DNA of 64,000 bases from assembly GCA_965216315.1 (NCBI GenBank), contig CBDCFN010000016.1:320001-384000 (forward strand), read 5' to 3'. Below are positions 8,638 through 19,082 of the stretch, piece by piece. The notes under the pieces were generated by a model. It was not told the DNA's origin, did no database searches, and worked only from the letters and a program-made list of their open reading frames with translations. The translations under genes and the position numbers were made by a program. Origin of the DNA: a bacterium (GTDB taxonomy: Bacteria; UBA10199; 2-02-FULL-50-16; JAJFLM01). The first letter of the stretch is position 1. The number at the start of each line of letters is the position of its first letter.

Positions 8638-9524
8638 TGTCCGTATTAGAGGCCCTCGTATTGGGTGTCATTCAAGGGTTGACCGAGTTTCTCCCGATTT
8701 CCAGTTCGGGCCATCTGGTGATCATTCAACAACTCTTTGGCCTTGAGGAGTCCGGCGCGGAGTTGTTGGGTTTTGATCTCGCCTTGCACTTCGGGACCTT
8801 GCTTTCCGTGCTGGCGGTGTTTTATCGGGATATTGGCGAAATGATTGCTGGATGTTTTCTCCTCTTGCGGCGGGTGGCCCGAAGAGTCCTTATTGTTGGG
8901 GCTCCCACGTCACAACAAAAGGACTCTGACAGGACAGGACCCGCCCCACTTCGAGAAAACAGAGGCGCCTACCTGGCCTTCCTTGTTCTCGCCGGCACGA
9001 TCCCCGCCGCGATCATCGGTGTCGCCTTCGCCGATTTTTTTCGTTCCCTCTTTGACTCGGCACTCGCGGCCGGCACCATGTTGTTGGTGACCGGCGCGAT
9101 CCTGTGGGGGACGCGCTTTGTCAAGAGCTCCGAGCGCCAGCTTAAGGATCTTTGCCTCGCCGACGCCCTCATCGTCGGCTGTGCGCAGGCCCTGGCGATC
9201 TTTCCCGGCATCTCACGGTCGGGTAGCACGATTGCGGCGGGTTTGTTCAGCCGCTGGGATCGCGAACTGGCCGCCCGCTATTCTTTTTTACTCGCGGTTC
9301 CCGCGATTGCCGGCGGCATCATCTTTGAGTTGGAGAACTTGAACCAGTGGTCGACGCAGGCGGCCTTGCCGTTGTTGGTCGGAGTCGTCGCGGCGGCCCT
9401 GTCCGGCTTCTTTGCGATTCATTGGCTGCTGCGCATCGTTCAACGAGGCCACTTCGCCAACTTTGCCTACTACTGCTGGGCGGTCGGCCTCGCGACGCTC
9501 GTTTATTTTGGGATCTTTGCTTAA
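8637..9524 (+). CDS. uppP: Undecaprenyl-diphosphate phosphatase
   Basis: QGLTEFLPISSSGHL and PGISRSGSTI motifs; TAATG overlap places the start at 8637. Confidence 0.95.
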   Translation: MSVLEALVLGVIQGLTEFLPISSSGHLVIIQQLFGLEESGAELLGFDLALHFGTLLSVLAVFYRDIGEMIAGCFLLLRRVARRVLIVGAPTSQQKDSDRTGPAPLRENRGAYLAFLVLAGTIPAAIIGVAFADFFRSLFDSALAAGTMLLVTGAILWGTRFVKSSERQLKDLCLADALIVGCAQALAIFPGISRSGSTIAAGLFSRWDRELAARYSFLLAVPAIAGGIIFELENLNQWSTQAALPLLVGVVAAALSGFFAIHWLLRIVQRGHFANFAYYCWAVGLATLVYFGIFA

Positions 9525-9541
9525 TCTGTTACGATCCCCGC

Positions 9542-9943
9542 ATGGCCATTCGAATGCTGTTGGCATTTTTGGCGGTGATGGATCTGGGCCTGGGGTTGTG
9601 TTGTGTGCTCGCCCCGGAGATCTTCATCGAATTCGTCTGGCCCCAGGCCGATGCGGACACCTTGTTTCTGATCCGTCGGACCGGCGCGATCTGGCTCTTC
9701 TTTGCGGTCGCCGAGTTGGCGGCCTGGCAGAAACCCAACCTGATGCGGCGCCGCCTCGTTGCGGCGTTGCGGTTTATGGATATCGTTCCGGATCTCTTGT
9801 GGGTGACGCTCGCCTACGACGAGTTGAGCGCGATGGGTCGCATTCTGATCGAGGCGGCACCGCCCTTTAATCTCTTGGTCGGGATTTGGCTTTGGTACAA
9901 GCCCGCGCGGGCCCCGGCGCACGAACCCCTTTATTTTAGCTAG
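9542..9943 (+). CDS. Hypothetical membrane protein
   Basis: About 4 hydrophobic segments; fills the gap between uppP and recN. Confidence 0.65.
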   Translation: MAIRMLLAFLAVMDLGLGLCCVLAPEIFIEFVWPQADADTLFLIRRTGAIWLFFAVAELAAWQKPNLMRRRLVAALRFMDIVPDLLWVTLAYDELSAMGRILIEAAPPFNLLVGIWLWYKPARAPAHEPLYFS

Positions 9944-9988
9944 GTTATGCCGGTTGCGCGGGTGGAAGGCCTGTGCTAACCCTCGACC

Positions 9989-11683
9989 ATGCTGCAGTCT
10001 TTGCACATTCGGAACTTCGCGATTATCGAAGACGTCGCCCTCGAGTTCGGTCCCGGCCTCAACGTGCTGACCGGTGAAACCGGTGCGGGTAAATCGATCA
10101 TCATTCAGGCGTTGAGTTTGTTGATGGGTCAGCGCGGGAGTTCGGAATGGATTCGCAAGGACGAGGCGTCCGCGGTCGTGACGGGGCTCTTTAACGTCAG
10201 TGATCGACCTGATCTCCTCAAAAAAATCGATGAGTGGGGGGTGCCGCTGGATGAACCGGAATTACTCGTGCAACGTACGCTGGCACGGAGTGGCCGCAAT
10301 CAAGTCCGGCTCAACGGCATGCCGGCAACGGTGGCGATGCTCGCCGAACTCGCCGAACGTCTCGTTGATATCGTTTCCCAAAAAGAACATGAAATGCTGT
10401 TGCGCTCGGAAGTCCAACGCGACCTGCTCGATCAGTTTGGGGGGCTAGAGAAAACCCGCCAGGCGTATCGTGATTCATTGGAAAAACTCCATCACTTGCA
10501 ACAAGAGCGGGCGGCCCTCGAAGAAGGGGATCGCAGCAATCGTGAGATGGAAGAGTTTTTGCGCTTTCAAGCCAAGGAAATAAAAGAAGCCCAACTGCAC
10601 GCGGGTGAGGACGAAGAGCTTAAAACCGAGAAGTCGCGCATCAAGAATGCCGCGCACTTGGGCGAGTTGTGTACACTGGCGGAAACTCTCTTGGTCTCCG
10701 GTGATGACACCGTGACCGGACGCTTAGCGCAGTTGGAACAACAACTGGCCCGCGTGAGTGACGATGATGCCCAATTGGCAGAGCTGCTGGTGGTATTACA
10801 GTCCGTCCAGGCTCAATTGGCGGATGTCGCGCGGACTTTCACCAATAATTTACAGGAGCTCAATTTCGAACCGGGTCGCCTCGAAGCGATCGAGTCGCGA
10901 CTTGCCGAAATTGATCGACTCAAACGTAAATATGGCGCCAGTGTCGAGGAGGTCTTGCTGTTTGCTGAAGAGGTAACGTCCAAACTCGAAGGGCTGGAAA
11001 ATTTTGAAGAGCGTGCGGTTGAATTGAGACAGGCCTGTGAAGAGGGCGAGCAAGAGTTGGTCGCCCTCGACAAAAAATTACAAGAAGCCCGCCGCAAGGT
11101 CGCGAAACGTTTGGCCAAGGAAGTCGTCAAGGAGCTGACCGATTTGGGGATGGAACAAGCGGTGTTCGAAGTCGCTTGGGAGGCCGTCGCCAACGGTCTG
11201 TTGACTGCGCATGGCAAGCAATATGATCGCTTGGGAAGTCAGCGGGCCGTTTTCAACTTAGTGGCCAATCCCGGCGAAGATCCGAAGCCACTCGTGCGCA
11301 TCGCCTCGGGGGGCGAGCGTTCACGTATCTTGCTCGCGATCAAAAAAATCCTCGTTGATTTTGCGGATCTCGCCACGTCCATCTATGACGAGGTCGATGA
11401 AGGTGTCGGGGGTGCGACGGCGAGCAAGATCGGTGAGAAACTAGCGGAGATTGCCAAGCAGCGCCAAGTCATCTGTATTACGCATCAGGCGCAGATTGCC
11501 GCCTTTGCATCGGCTCATTTCGTTATCCACAAGGAATTCGGGGATGCCCGGACTCAGACTTGCGTGCGGCGGCTGGAACAAGACGAACACGAGCTGGAAT
11601 TGGCGCGCATGTTGGCCGGCAAAAAAGTTACTGCGCAGGCGCGTGAGCATGCTCGCGAATTGATTCGGAGCGCCGGCGCGTGA
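9989..11683 (+). CDS. recN: DNA repair protein RecN
   Basis: LTGETGAGKS Walker A, coiled coil, ASGGERSR signature, DEVDEGVGG, VICITH. Confidence 0.97.
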   Translation: MLQSLHIRNFAIIEDVALEFGPGLNVLTGETGAGKSIIIQALSLLMGQRGSSEWIRKDEASAVVTGLFNVSDRPDLLKKIDEWGVPLDEPELLVQRTLARSGRNQVRLNGMPATVAMLAELAERLVDIVSQKEHEMLLRSEVQRDLLDQFGGLEKTRQAYRDSLEKLHHLQQERAALEEGDRSNREMEEFLRFQAKEIKEAQLHAGEDEELKTEKSRIKNAAHLGELCTLAETLLVSGDDTVTGRLAQLEQQLARVSDDDAQLAELLVVLQSVQAQLADVARTFTNNLQELNFEPGRLEAIESRLAEIDRLKRKYGASVEEVLLFAEEVTSKLEGLENFEERAVELRQACEEGEQELVALDKKLQEARRKVAKRLAKEVVKELTDLGMEQAVFEVAWEAVANGLLTAHGKQYDRLGSQRAVFNLVANPGEDPKPLVRIASGGERSRILLAIKKILVDFADLATSIYDEVDEGVGGATASKIGEKLAEIAKQRQVICITHQAQIAAFASAHFVIHKEFGDARTQTCVRRLEQDEHELELARMLAGKKVTAQAREHARELIRSAGA

Positions 11684-13038
11684 GTTCAGATCGCGAAATC
11701 GCATCGCTCGTGCATAGCTTCTTACCTCTCGCCGAAGTCGACAATGCCGAGATCTATCTCGAGACGCGACAGAACTTAGAAATCCAAGTTAAAGATCGTG
11801 AGATTAATTCATTGCAGCGTGCCCGGGAGCAGGGCGTTGCCGTTCGGCTTGAGCGTGAGGGCCATGTCGGTTTTGCCTATTCGACCGATTTGACCCGGGG
11901 CGCGCTCGAAAGACTGGTCGCACAGTCATACAATAGTTTGCAGACCGTCGAACCGAAGTATCGTCAGTATCTTCCTGACCTAAACATGTTGCATAGTGTG
12001 CCGACGCTCCAACAGTATGATGAAGGTTTAGCGACGCGCCCTTTGGTGGATAAGATCGAAGTCGCACTGCATCTGGAACAGGTGGCGCTTGAATATGACA
12101 AACGGGTGCAACAGGTCCGTATGGGGACATATCAAGATGAAGTGAAAGAGGTGTTGTTGTGGAGCTGCAAGCCGGAGCAGGAACCGGCGGAGCGGCATTA
12201 TCGCAGCACCTTGTGCCAAGTCTATTTAATGGTGATAGCCGCGGATGACACCGGCCAAGAGTCGAGTTGGAATATCGGTTTTGCCCCTTACTTTGATGAG
12301 CTGCCAACGGACGCGGTGGCGCGCGATGCGGCTGAGGAGGCCGTTGGTCGCCTTCAGGCCCAAGTCCTGAAGACCGGTCACTATACGGCGGTACTTGACC
12401 GATCGGTGGTGGCGGCGTTTCTCGGTATTTTAGCCCCGTCTTTTCTCGGCGATGCTGTTCAGAAGCATAAATCTCGCTTGGAGGGTAAGCTGGGGGAGGC
12501 CATTTATGCGGACTGCGTCAATCTCGTCGATGATGGCTGCCTGCGGGGGGGCATGGCCAGTTTTCCCTACGACGGCGAGGGCGTTCCGAGTCAGAAAACG
12601 CCGGTTGTCGCAAAGGGTGTCCTTCAGACCTATTTATATGATACAAGTAGTGGTCGGACCGCTGGGAAGGAGTCCACTGGAAATAGCGTGCGCGCTAATA
12701 TTAAGGAAGCCCCGCGAGCGGGGACGCGGAATTTTTATCTGAGTCCAGGCACCGCGTCGATCGACGAACTCGTGGTGGGAATAGAAAACGGCGTTGCGAT
12801 TCATGACGTGATCGGAATGCATACGGCCAATCCCATTACGGGAGATTTTTCGGTCGGTGCTTCCGGCTATCGGATTCGCGATGGAAAAAAGGCAGAAGCC
12901 ATAAGAGGATTTGCTATTTCTGGGAATTTACATAATATTTTTTCGTTAGTGGAACGCATTGGCGCTGATTTAAAGTTTTATGGATCTGTGGGAGCGCCTT
13001 CCGTGCGTATTGCGGAGCTGTCAGTGGGTGGTCAATAA
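11680..13038 (+). CDS. pmbA: TldD/PmbA family protein (PmbA-like)
   Basis: FPYDGEGVP, NPITGDFSVGASG, ISGNL motifs. Confidence 0.85.
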   Translation: MSSDREIASLVHSFLPLAEVDNAEIYLETRQNLEIQVKDREINSLQRAREQGVAVRLEREGHVGFAYSTDLTRGALERLVAQSYNSLQTVEPKYRQYLPDLNMLHSVPTLQQYDEGLATRPLVDKIEVALHLEQVALEYDKRVQQVRMGTYQDEVKEVLLWSCKPEQEPAERHYRSTLCQVYLMVIAADDTGQESSWNIGFAPYFDELPTDAVARDAAEEAVGRLQAQVLKTGHYTAVLDRSVVAAFLGILAPSFLGDAVQKHKSRLEGKLGEAIYADCVNLVDDGCLRGGMASFPYDGEGVPSQKTPVVAKGVLQTYLYDTSSGRTAGKESTGNSVRANIKEAPRAGTRNFYLSPGTASIDELVVGIENGVAIHDVIGMHTANPITGDFSVGASGYRIRDGKKAEAIRGFAISGNLHNIFSLVERIGADLKFYGSVGAPSVRIAELSVGGQ

Positions 13039-13799
13039 TGATTGAAGCCTATGGTCTCAGTGATGTGGGGCGACGTCGCGAGAAGAACGAGGACTCGATC
13101 CTCGTCGATAATGGCCTTCATGTTTATATGGTTGCCGACGGGATGGGCGGCCATCTGGGTGGCGAATTCGCGAGCAACCTAACCGTCAAAACGGTCCAAG
13201 AAGTCTTTCAGAAATTAGAAGAGGATCCTGAAGCGACCCTCGTTGCGGGTGGTGAAGAGGCGGCCACGGATATCGGGGAGCGTCTTAAATATTCCATTCG
13301 CGTGGCGTCGATGCGTGTCTATGACGAGGCGAGTAAAAATGAGAGCCTCTCCGGTATGGGCACCACCGCGGTCGGTATCGCTATTAATGATGATAGGGCC
13401 TATATAGCCAATGTCGGTGACAGTCGTGCCTATCTGATCCGGGATAAAACGATCACTCAATTGACCGAGGACCATTCCCTGGTTTCGGAACAACTGAAGG
13501 CCGGCCTGATCACCGACGAAGGGGCCCGCACCCATCGCCTGAAGAATATTATTACCCGCTCGGTGGGCTTTCAACGCGATGTTGAGGCCGACCTGCTGAC
13601 GCGGGATCTCGAGGATAAAGACATTTTTTTGCTTTGTTCCGATGGCCTCAGCAACCTCGTTGAGGACCAGCGTATTCTCCGCATTATCCGCAAGAACGGG
13701 TCCCTGGATAAGGCCTGTGAACGCCTCATCGAGGCCGCCAATGACGAGGGAGGCGACGATAATGTCTCTGTCGTGTTGGTCCGCGTCTCTGAGGCCTAA
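13038..13799 (+). CDS. PP2C-type Ser/Thr phosphatase (Stp1/IreP-like)
   Basis: RREKNED, VADGMGG, GMGTT, NVGDSRAY, LCSDGL, GGDDNVS. Confidence 0.95.
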   Translation: MIEAYGLSDVGRRREKNEDSILVDNGLHVYMVADGMGGHLGGEFASNLTVKTVQEVFQKLEEDPEATLVAGGEEAATDIGERLKYSIRVASMRVYDEASKNESLSGMGTTAVGIAINDDRAYIANVGDSRAYLIRDKTITQLTEDHSLVSEQLKAGLITDEGARTHRLKNIITRSVGFQRDVEADLLTRDLEDKDIFLLCSDGLSNLVEDQRILRIIRKNGSLDKACERLIEAANDEGGDDNVSVVLVRVSEA

Positions 13800-13924
13800 G
13801 TCCCTGTAATTAAAAGAGAAATTAGCAGCCAAAAGACTTGACAGAGGGCCGGATCGTCTTGTAGGTAGGGGTCACTCCAGCCTGTAGCGAAACTTTTTCT
13901 ATAAAAGGACGATAAAGAATACGA

Positions 13925-14929
13925 GTGATGAAGACGGCAAATTCTCAGCAAAAGCGCAGACAGGGGTCATCTTTCCATTTATTGATGGTTCCCGATGATT
14001 CGAGCCAGATTCACCGGCTACGGGTCCGTACCTGGCAATTACGCAGCGGCATCCTCTTAGCCGTCGGTCTCATCCTCGGTCTCGCCGTGACGACGGGGGG
14101 CTATCTCCGTTATCAAGGGCTCTATCGCAAGACGGCGGATATCCGGGGTCGTTACGCTCAGCTCCAACAAGAACAATCACGCCTCTCGCAGCGGCTCGTT
14201 TTGCTCGAGGCGACAGTCAGCCGTGCCGAAAAACTGGCCAGCAAGGTCGATTCGCTCGTCGGTCCGCAAGTGACGGTTCAGGCCCAAGGGGTAGGCCCCA
14301 TCGAAGGGCGGCAGCGTCAGGCCATCGGCGATCCACAAATTTTTTCAAATCTTAATGACCTCGATCCCGCGGTCTTTGCAGGCCAATTTGGCGGTATGAT
14401 GGAAAAGATGCAGGCACGTTCACTTGGCGTCGAAAATCAGGTGACGGCCCTTTACCAGAAATACCAAGATCAAATGGTCCGGCTCTCGTCGACACCGAGC
14501 CTTTGGCCGGTCTATGGGTGGATGACGTCCCGCTTTGGTCCGCGCCGCTCGCCGTTTGGAGGCAAGGCCCGCTTTCATGATGGTCTTGATATCGCCGCTC
14601 CTTGGGGTACGACGGTCAAGGCAGCGGGCGATGCCGTGGTGAAATATGCGGGCTATAAAGGTGGTCTCGGTAAGACCGTCATCCTGGATCACGGTTTTGG
14701 GATTCAGACCGTCTATGGTCACAACTCAAAGCTGCTCGTTAAGGAAGGTGATACGGTCGGTCGTGGTAAACAGATTGCCGCGGTTGGGAATACCGGGCAC
14801 AGCACGGGCCCGCATCTTCATTTCGAGGTCCGCGTTGATGGCGTTGCCGTCGACCCCATGACTTATCTGCCCCCCCGGACTGAATTGACGAAGTCCGAAG
14901 TCCTCTCTTCTAAAAAGAAGGCCCTCTAA
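13925..14929 (+). CDS. M23 family metallopeptidase with N-terminal TM and coiled coil
   Basis: HDGLD, YGHNS, STGPHLHFEV. Confidence 0.92.
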   Translation: MMKTANSQQKRRQGSSFHLLMVPDDSSQIHRLRVRTWQLRSGILLAVGLILGLAVTTGGYLRYQGLYRKTADIRGRYAQLQQEQSRLSQRLVLLEATVSRAEKLASKVDSLVGPQVTVQAQGVGPIEGRQRQAIGDPQIFSNLNDLDPAVFAGQFGGMMEKMQARSLGVENQVTALYQKYQDQMVRLSSTPSLWPVYGWMTSRFGPRRSPFGGKARFHDGLDIAAPWGTTVKAAGDAVVKYAGYKGGLGKTVILDHGFGIQTVYGHNSKLLVKEGDTVGRGKQIAAVGNTGHSTGPHLHFEVRVDGVAVDPMTYLPPRTELTKSEVLSSKKKAL

Positions 14930-14979
14930 GTTAGCTCAAGAGCTTGCTATTCGTTTAGGCCCTATAGTAATCGATTGCC

Positions 14980-15144
14980 ATGCCGGCGATAATGAAAAAG
15001 CTGTTTGGCAGTCAAAACGAGCGCGACCGATTCGCTCACCAAAAGCGCAGCTTCCGGTTCGCTAAAGTCAGGGGGCGAATCTTCTCTCCCCCTGACAACC
15101 CCCATCGTCGGGATAAGTGAAGGGGAGGCTTTTATGCGGCAATA
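14980..15144 (+). repeat. Duplicated secA 5' end plus ~100-bp hairpin element forming a 46-codon mini-ORF (14980-15120)
   Basis: 14992-15027 repeats secA codons 1-12 (15145-15180) with 3 synonymous changes; the insert resembles 27948-28017. Confidence 0.8.
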
Positions 15145-17835
15145 ATGAAAAAGTTGTTTGGTAGCCAAAACGAGCGCGACCTTAAGAGGCTGAATCCGCT
15201 GGTCGAGCAAATCAATGCGCTCGAGCCCAGCATAGAAAAACTCAGCGACGATGAACTGCGTGGCAAGACCGCCGAGTTTCGGCAGCGGCTCAGTGAAGGC
15301 GCCAAGCTGGATGATCTCTTGCCGGAGGCCTTTGCCTGTGTGCGCGAGGCCTCAAAACGCACTCTTAAAATGCGGCACTTTGATGTCCAGTTGTTGGGGG
15401 GCATCGTACTGCATCAAGGCATGATTGCTGAGATGAAGACCGGTGAAGGAAAGACGCTGGTCGCGACCTTGCCGGTTTATTTGAATGCCCTGACCGGAAA
15501 GGGTGTGCACGTTGTGACGGTCAATGATTACCTGGCCAAACGTGATGCTCAATGGATGGGGCACATTTATGAGTTTCTTGGGATGAGTGTCGGCGTTATC
15601 GTTCACGGCCTCAACGACGAACAACGCAAAGCGGCCTATGCGGCTGATATCACTTACGGTACTAATAACGAAATTGGTTTCGATTTTTTGCGTGATAACA
15701 TGAAGTTTGATCGCGCGGATTTTTCTCAACGTAATTTCCATTATGCGATTGTCGATGAAGTGGATTCTATTTTAATCGACGAAGCGCGGACGCCGTTGAT
15801 TATTTCAGGGCCTTCCGAGAGATCCACGGATAAATATTATCAAATCAATCGAATTATTCCCGGCCTCGAAAAGGGTGAAGTCATCGAGGATGAGGAAGGG
15901 AATAAATCGACGACGGGTGATTTCACCGTCGATGAAAAATCGAAGTCGGCGATGCTGACCGATGAAGGGGTCGCCAAGGTCGAGAAAAAGCTCAATATTG
16001 ATAACCTGTATGACCCGCGTAATATCGATGTTCTCCACCATGTCAATCAGGCGCTCAAGGCCCATGCGATGTTTAAGCGCGATGTCGACTACGTCGTTAA
16101 AGAAGGCAAAGTGATGATTGTCGATGAATTTACGGGTCGCCTCATGGCCGGGCGCCGTTGGTCCGACGGTTTGCATCAGGCGGTTGAAGCCAAAGAAGGC
16201 GTGACGATTGAAAATGAAAATCAGACGCTGGCGACGATCACCTTCCAGAACCTGTTTCGAATGTATGAAAAGCTGTCGGGGATGACGGGAACTGCGGAGA
16301 CGGAGGCGCCGGAATTCGGCAAAATCTACAAGCTGGAAGTCCGTGTCATGCCGACCAATCGCGAGCTTGTCCGCAAGGATGAAGCGGACGTGATCTATAA
16401 GACGGAGCGGGAAAAATTTCATGAAGTGATTGAGGATATCAAAGAACGCCACAAAAAAGGGCAGCCTGTACTGGTGGGGACGATCTCCATTGAAAAGTCC
16501 GAAGTCCTCGCGCAGCTCCTCAAGCGAGAAGGCTTCCCCCATCATGTATTGAATGCCAAGCATCATACCAAAGAAGCCGAGATCATCGCTCAGGCGGGAC
16601 GACTCGGGTCCGTCACGATCTCAACCAACATGGCCGGACGTGGAACCGATATTGTCTTGGGCGGGAATCCGGAGTTTCTGGCCAAGAGCAAGTTCGATCC
16701 GGAGGAAAGCCCGGACAAATATCAGAAGGCATTAGCCGAGTTTGAGGCGCAGTGTAGCGCGGAACGCGAACAGGTGCTGGCTGCGGGAGGACTTTATGTC
16801 TTGGGGACGGAAAGACACGAGTCAAGGCGTATCGACAACCAGCTCCGGGGCCGCTCGGGTCGTCAGGGGGATCCCGGAGAATCGCGGTTTTATCTCTCGC
16901 TTGAAGATGACCTGCTACGTATTTTCGGGTCGGAGCGGATTAGCCGCATGATGGATCGCTTGGGCATTGAGGAGTATGAGCCGATCACGCATCCCTGGAT
17001 TTCCAAGGCGATAGCGAATGCGCAAAAGAAAGTTGAAGGCCACAACTTCGGGATCCGTAAAAACCTGTTGGAATACGATGACGTGATGAACCAACAACGT
17101 CAGACGGTTTATCAGATGCGCCGCAAGATTCTTGAAAGTGAAGATTTTACGGACTCGGCTTACGACTCGATTGACTATGCCGTCGCCGACACGGTGGATG
17201 CGCTTGTTCCTGATAAAGTGCAGCCGGATGATTATGATACGAGTTCTTTGGATGAAAAATGCCTGTCTCTGTTTGGATGGTGTCCGGAGTACAACCGCCT
17301 CGACCGTGATGATTGGAGTCCGGACGGGATCGGTAAGTACCTCTATGATCGCGCGTTAGAGACGTATAATCAGAAGGTGGAACAGTATACTCCTGAGATC
17401 ATGAATCATGTGGGCAAGGTTTTGGCACTCTCGACCTTGGATTCGCTCTGGAAGGACCACCTCTTGGCGATGGATCACTTGCGTGAAGGCATTGGGCTGC
17501 GGGGCTACGGACAAAAAGATCCGCTGTTGGAATATAAACGCGAAGGGCTCGGTATTTTTCAGATGATGTTGAGCCGTTTTCATGCGGAGCTTGTCGAAAA
17601 GATCTTTCACGTTCAGATCACATCGGAAGCCGGTGCATCGATTGAAGCGGGCGACGAATCTCCGGCCATGTCCATGGGCCGCGGCTCTTTGCCGGGTCTT
17701 CCCGAAGGCGGGCAACGCCCGGAAGCCGAGCCGCAGACCAAGGGGACGGTTGTCCGTGAAGGCGAGAAGGTCGGGCGTAATGAGCCTTGCCCGTGTGGCT
17801 CGGGCAAGAAGTATAAGAAGTGCCACGGAAAATAA
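15145..17835 (+). CDS. secA: Preprotein translocase ATPase SecA
   Basis: [39 protein letters not shown]-terminal [18 protein letters not shown]. Confidence 0.99.
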   Translation: MKKLFGSQNERDLKRLNPLVEQINALEPSIEKLSDDELRGKTAEFRQRLSEGAKLDDLLPEAFACVREASKRTLKMRHFDVQLLGGIVLHQGMIAEMKTGEGKTLVATLPVYLNALTGKGVHVVTVNDYLAKRDAQWMGHIYEFLGMSVGVIVHGLNDEQRKAAYAADITYGTNNEIGFDFLRDNMKFDRADFSQRNFHYAIVDEVDSILIDEARTPLIISGPSERSTDKYYQINRIIPGLEKGEVIEDEEGNKSTTGDFTVDEKSKSAMLTDEGVAKVEKKLNIDNLYDPRNIDVLHHVNQALKAHAMFKRDVDYVVKEGKVMIVDEFTGRLMAGRRWSDGLHQAVEAKEGVTIENENQTLATITFQNLFRMYEKLSGMTGTAETEAPEFGKIYKLEVRVMPTNRELVRKDEADVIYKTEREKFHEVIEDIKERHKKGQPVLVGTISIEKSEVLAQLLKREGFPHHVLNAKHHTKEAEIIAQAGRLGSVTISTNMAGRGTDIVLGGNPEFLAKSKFDPEESPDKYQKALAEFEAQCSAEREQVLAAGGLYVLGTERHESRRIDNQLRGRSGRQGDPGESRFYLSLEDDLLRIFGSERISRMMDRLGIEEYEPITHPWISKAIANAQKKVEGHNFGIRKNLLEYDDVMNQQRQTVYQMRRKILESEDFTDSAYDSIDYAVADTVDALVPDKVQPDDYDTSSLDEKCLSLFGWCPEYNRLDRDDWSPDGIGKYLYDRALETYNQKVEQYTPEIMNHVGKVLALSTLDSLWKDHLLAMDHLREGIGLRGYGQKDPLLEYKREGLGIFQMMLSRFHAELVEKIFHVQITSEAGASIEAGDESPAMSMGRGSLPGLPEGGQRPEAEPQTKGTVVREGEKVGRNEPCPCGSGKKYKKCHGK

Positions 17836-17837
17836 CG

Positions 17838-19058
17838 ATGGCAAAGAAAGCAAGATCGCTGGTTGTGCCGGGTTTTCACTTTGCGGGGCTCGCCTGTGGC
17901 ATCAAGCCGAAGCGCAAAAAAGACCTGGCCCTCATTTATTCGGAAGTCCCGGCGACGGTGGTCGGAACTTTCACCCAACATCCGGCAGCCGCGGCGCCGG
18001 TCGTGTTAAGCCGGCGCCACATCCGCAAGGGCATCGCCCAGGCGGTTGTTATCAATAGCGGTAACGCCAATGCCTGTACCGGTGACCGCGGTATGAAAGA
18101 CGCTCGGGTGATGGCCAAAACAACGGCACAGTGTCTGCAAGTCACGTCGTCGCGCGTCCTGGTTTGTTCGACAGGGGTGATCGGCGTGCCTCTTCCCATC
18201 CGGCAAGTTGTTAGCGGGATTAAGCAAGGTGCCGGCCAACTGAAGCCGCAAGCATTAGGGGCCGCTGCTGAAGCGATTATGACGACGGATAAAGGGCCCA
18301 AAAAAACCGGGGCGATCGATCAGGTCGGCCGGCTGCCGTTTCGACTCGTTTCTTTTGCCAAAGGGGCGGGGATGATAGAGCCCCATATGAAATTGGAACG
18401 GCCGCATGCAACCCTGCTGGCCTTCGCGATGACGGATCTCTGTTTAGAGCCGCGATGGGCGGCGCGCGTGCTCAGTGAAGCCGTTGAAGCCTCATTCAAT
18501 TGTATTTCGGTCGATGGCGATACCTCGACCAATGATACCTGCTTGCTACTGGCCAATGGTAAGGCGGGCAATAAGCCACTCAAGCCCGGTACGGCCGGCG
18601 CGCGCCGGTTTGAGCGTCTCCTTGCCGAGCAACTCCAGTACCTCGCCAAGGAAATGGTGGCGGACGGCGAAGGGGCGACGAAGGTCGCGACCATTATCGT
18701 CAAGGGGGCCAAGACCCATAGTCAAGCGCGTCAAATAGCCTATACCATCGCTAATTCGCAGCTCGTGCGGACCTCGTTTTACGGCGCGGATCCCAATTGG
18801 GGCCGCGTTCTTGCCGCTGCCGGCAATTCCGGCGCAACTTGTCGACCCGACAAGGTCGATATTTCTTATGGAAATGTTCGAGTTTGCCGGAAAGGGCTCG
18901 ATGCGGGGCCCGTAGCGGAACGTCGCGCTAAAAAGGTCCTCCAGGCCCAGGAATTCAGCGTGACGATTGACTGCCATCTCGGACAAGGCACCCACCAACT
19001 CCTTTCTAGCGATCTCGGCATTGAATATGTTAAGTTAAATAGCTGTTATAGAAGCTAA
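17838..19058 (+). CDS. argJ: Glutamate N-acetyltransferase / ornithine acetyltransferase
   Basis: [50 protein letters not shown]. Confidence 0.97.
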   Translation: MAKKARSLVVPGFHFAGLACGIKPKRKKDLALIYSEVPATVVGTFTQHPAAAAPVVLSRRHIRKGIAQAVVINSGNANACTGDRGMKDARVMAKTTAQCLQVTSSRVLVCSTGVIGVPLPIRQVVSGIKQGAGQLKPQALGAAAEAIMTTDKGPKKTGAIDQVGRLPFRLVSFAKGAGMIEPHMKLERPHATLLAFAMTDLCLEPRWAARVLSEAVEASFNCISVDGDTSTNDTCLLLANGKAGNKPLKPGTAGARRFERLLAEQLQYLAKEMVADGEGATKVATIIVKGAKTHSQARQIAYTIANSQLVRTSFYGADPNWGRVLAAAGNSGATCRPDKVDISYGNVRVCRKGLDAGPVAERRAKKVLQAQEFSVTIDCHLGQGTHQLLSSDLGIEYVKLNSCYRS

Positions 19059-19082
19059 CATTAACATTTTTTTGTCTCGATT

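Noticed and set aside
13038..14929. PP2C and M23 peptidase as dedicated T3SS components
   Set aside because: They sit in a recN-pmbA-secA housekeeping run without T3SS promoter motifs; a link is possible but unsupported
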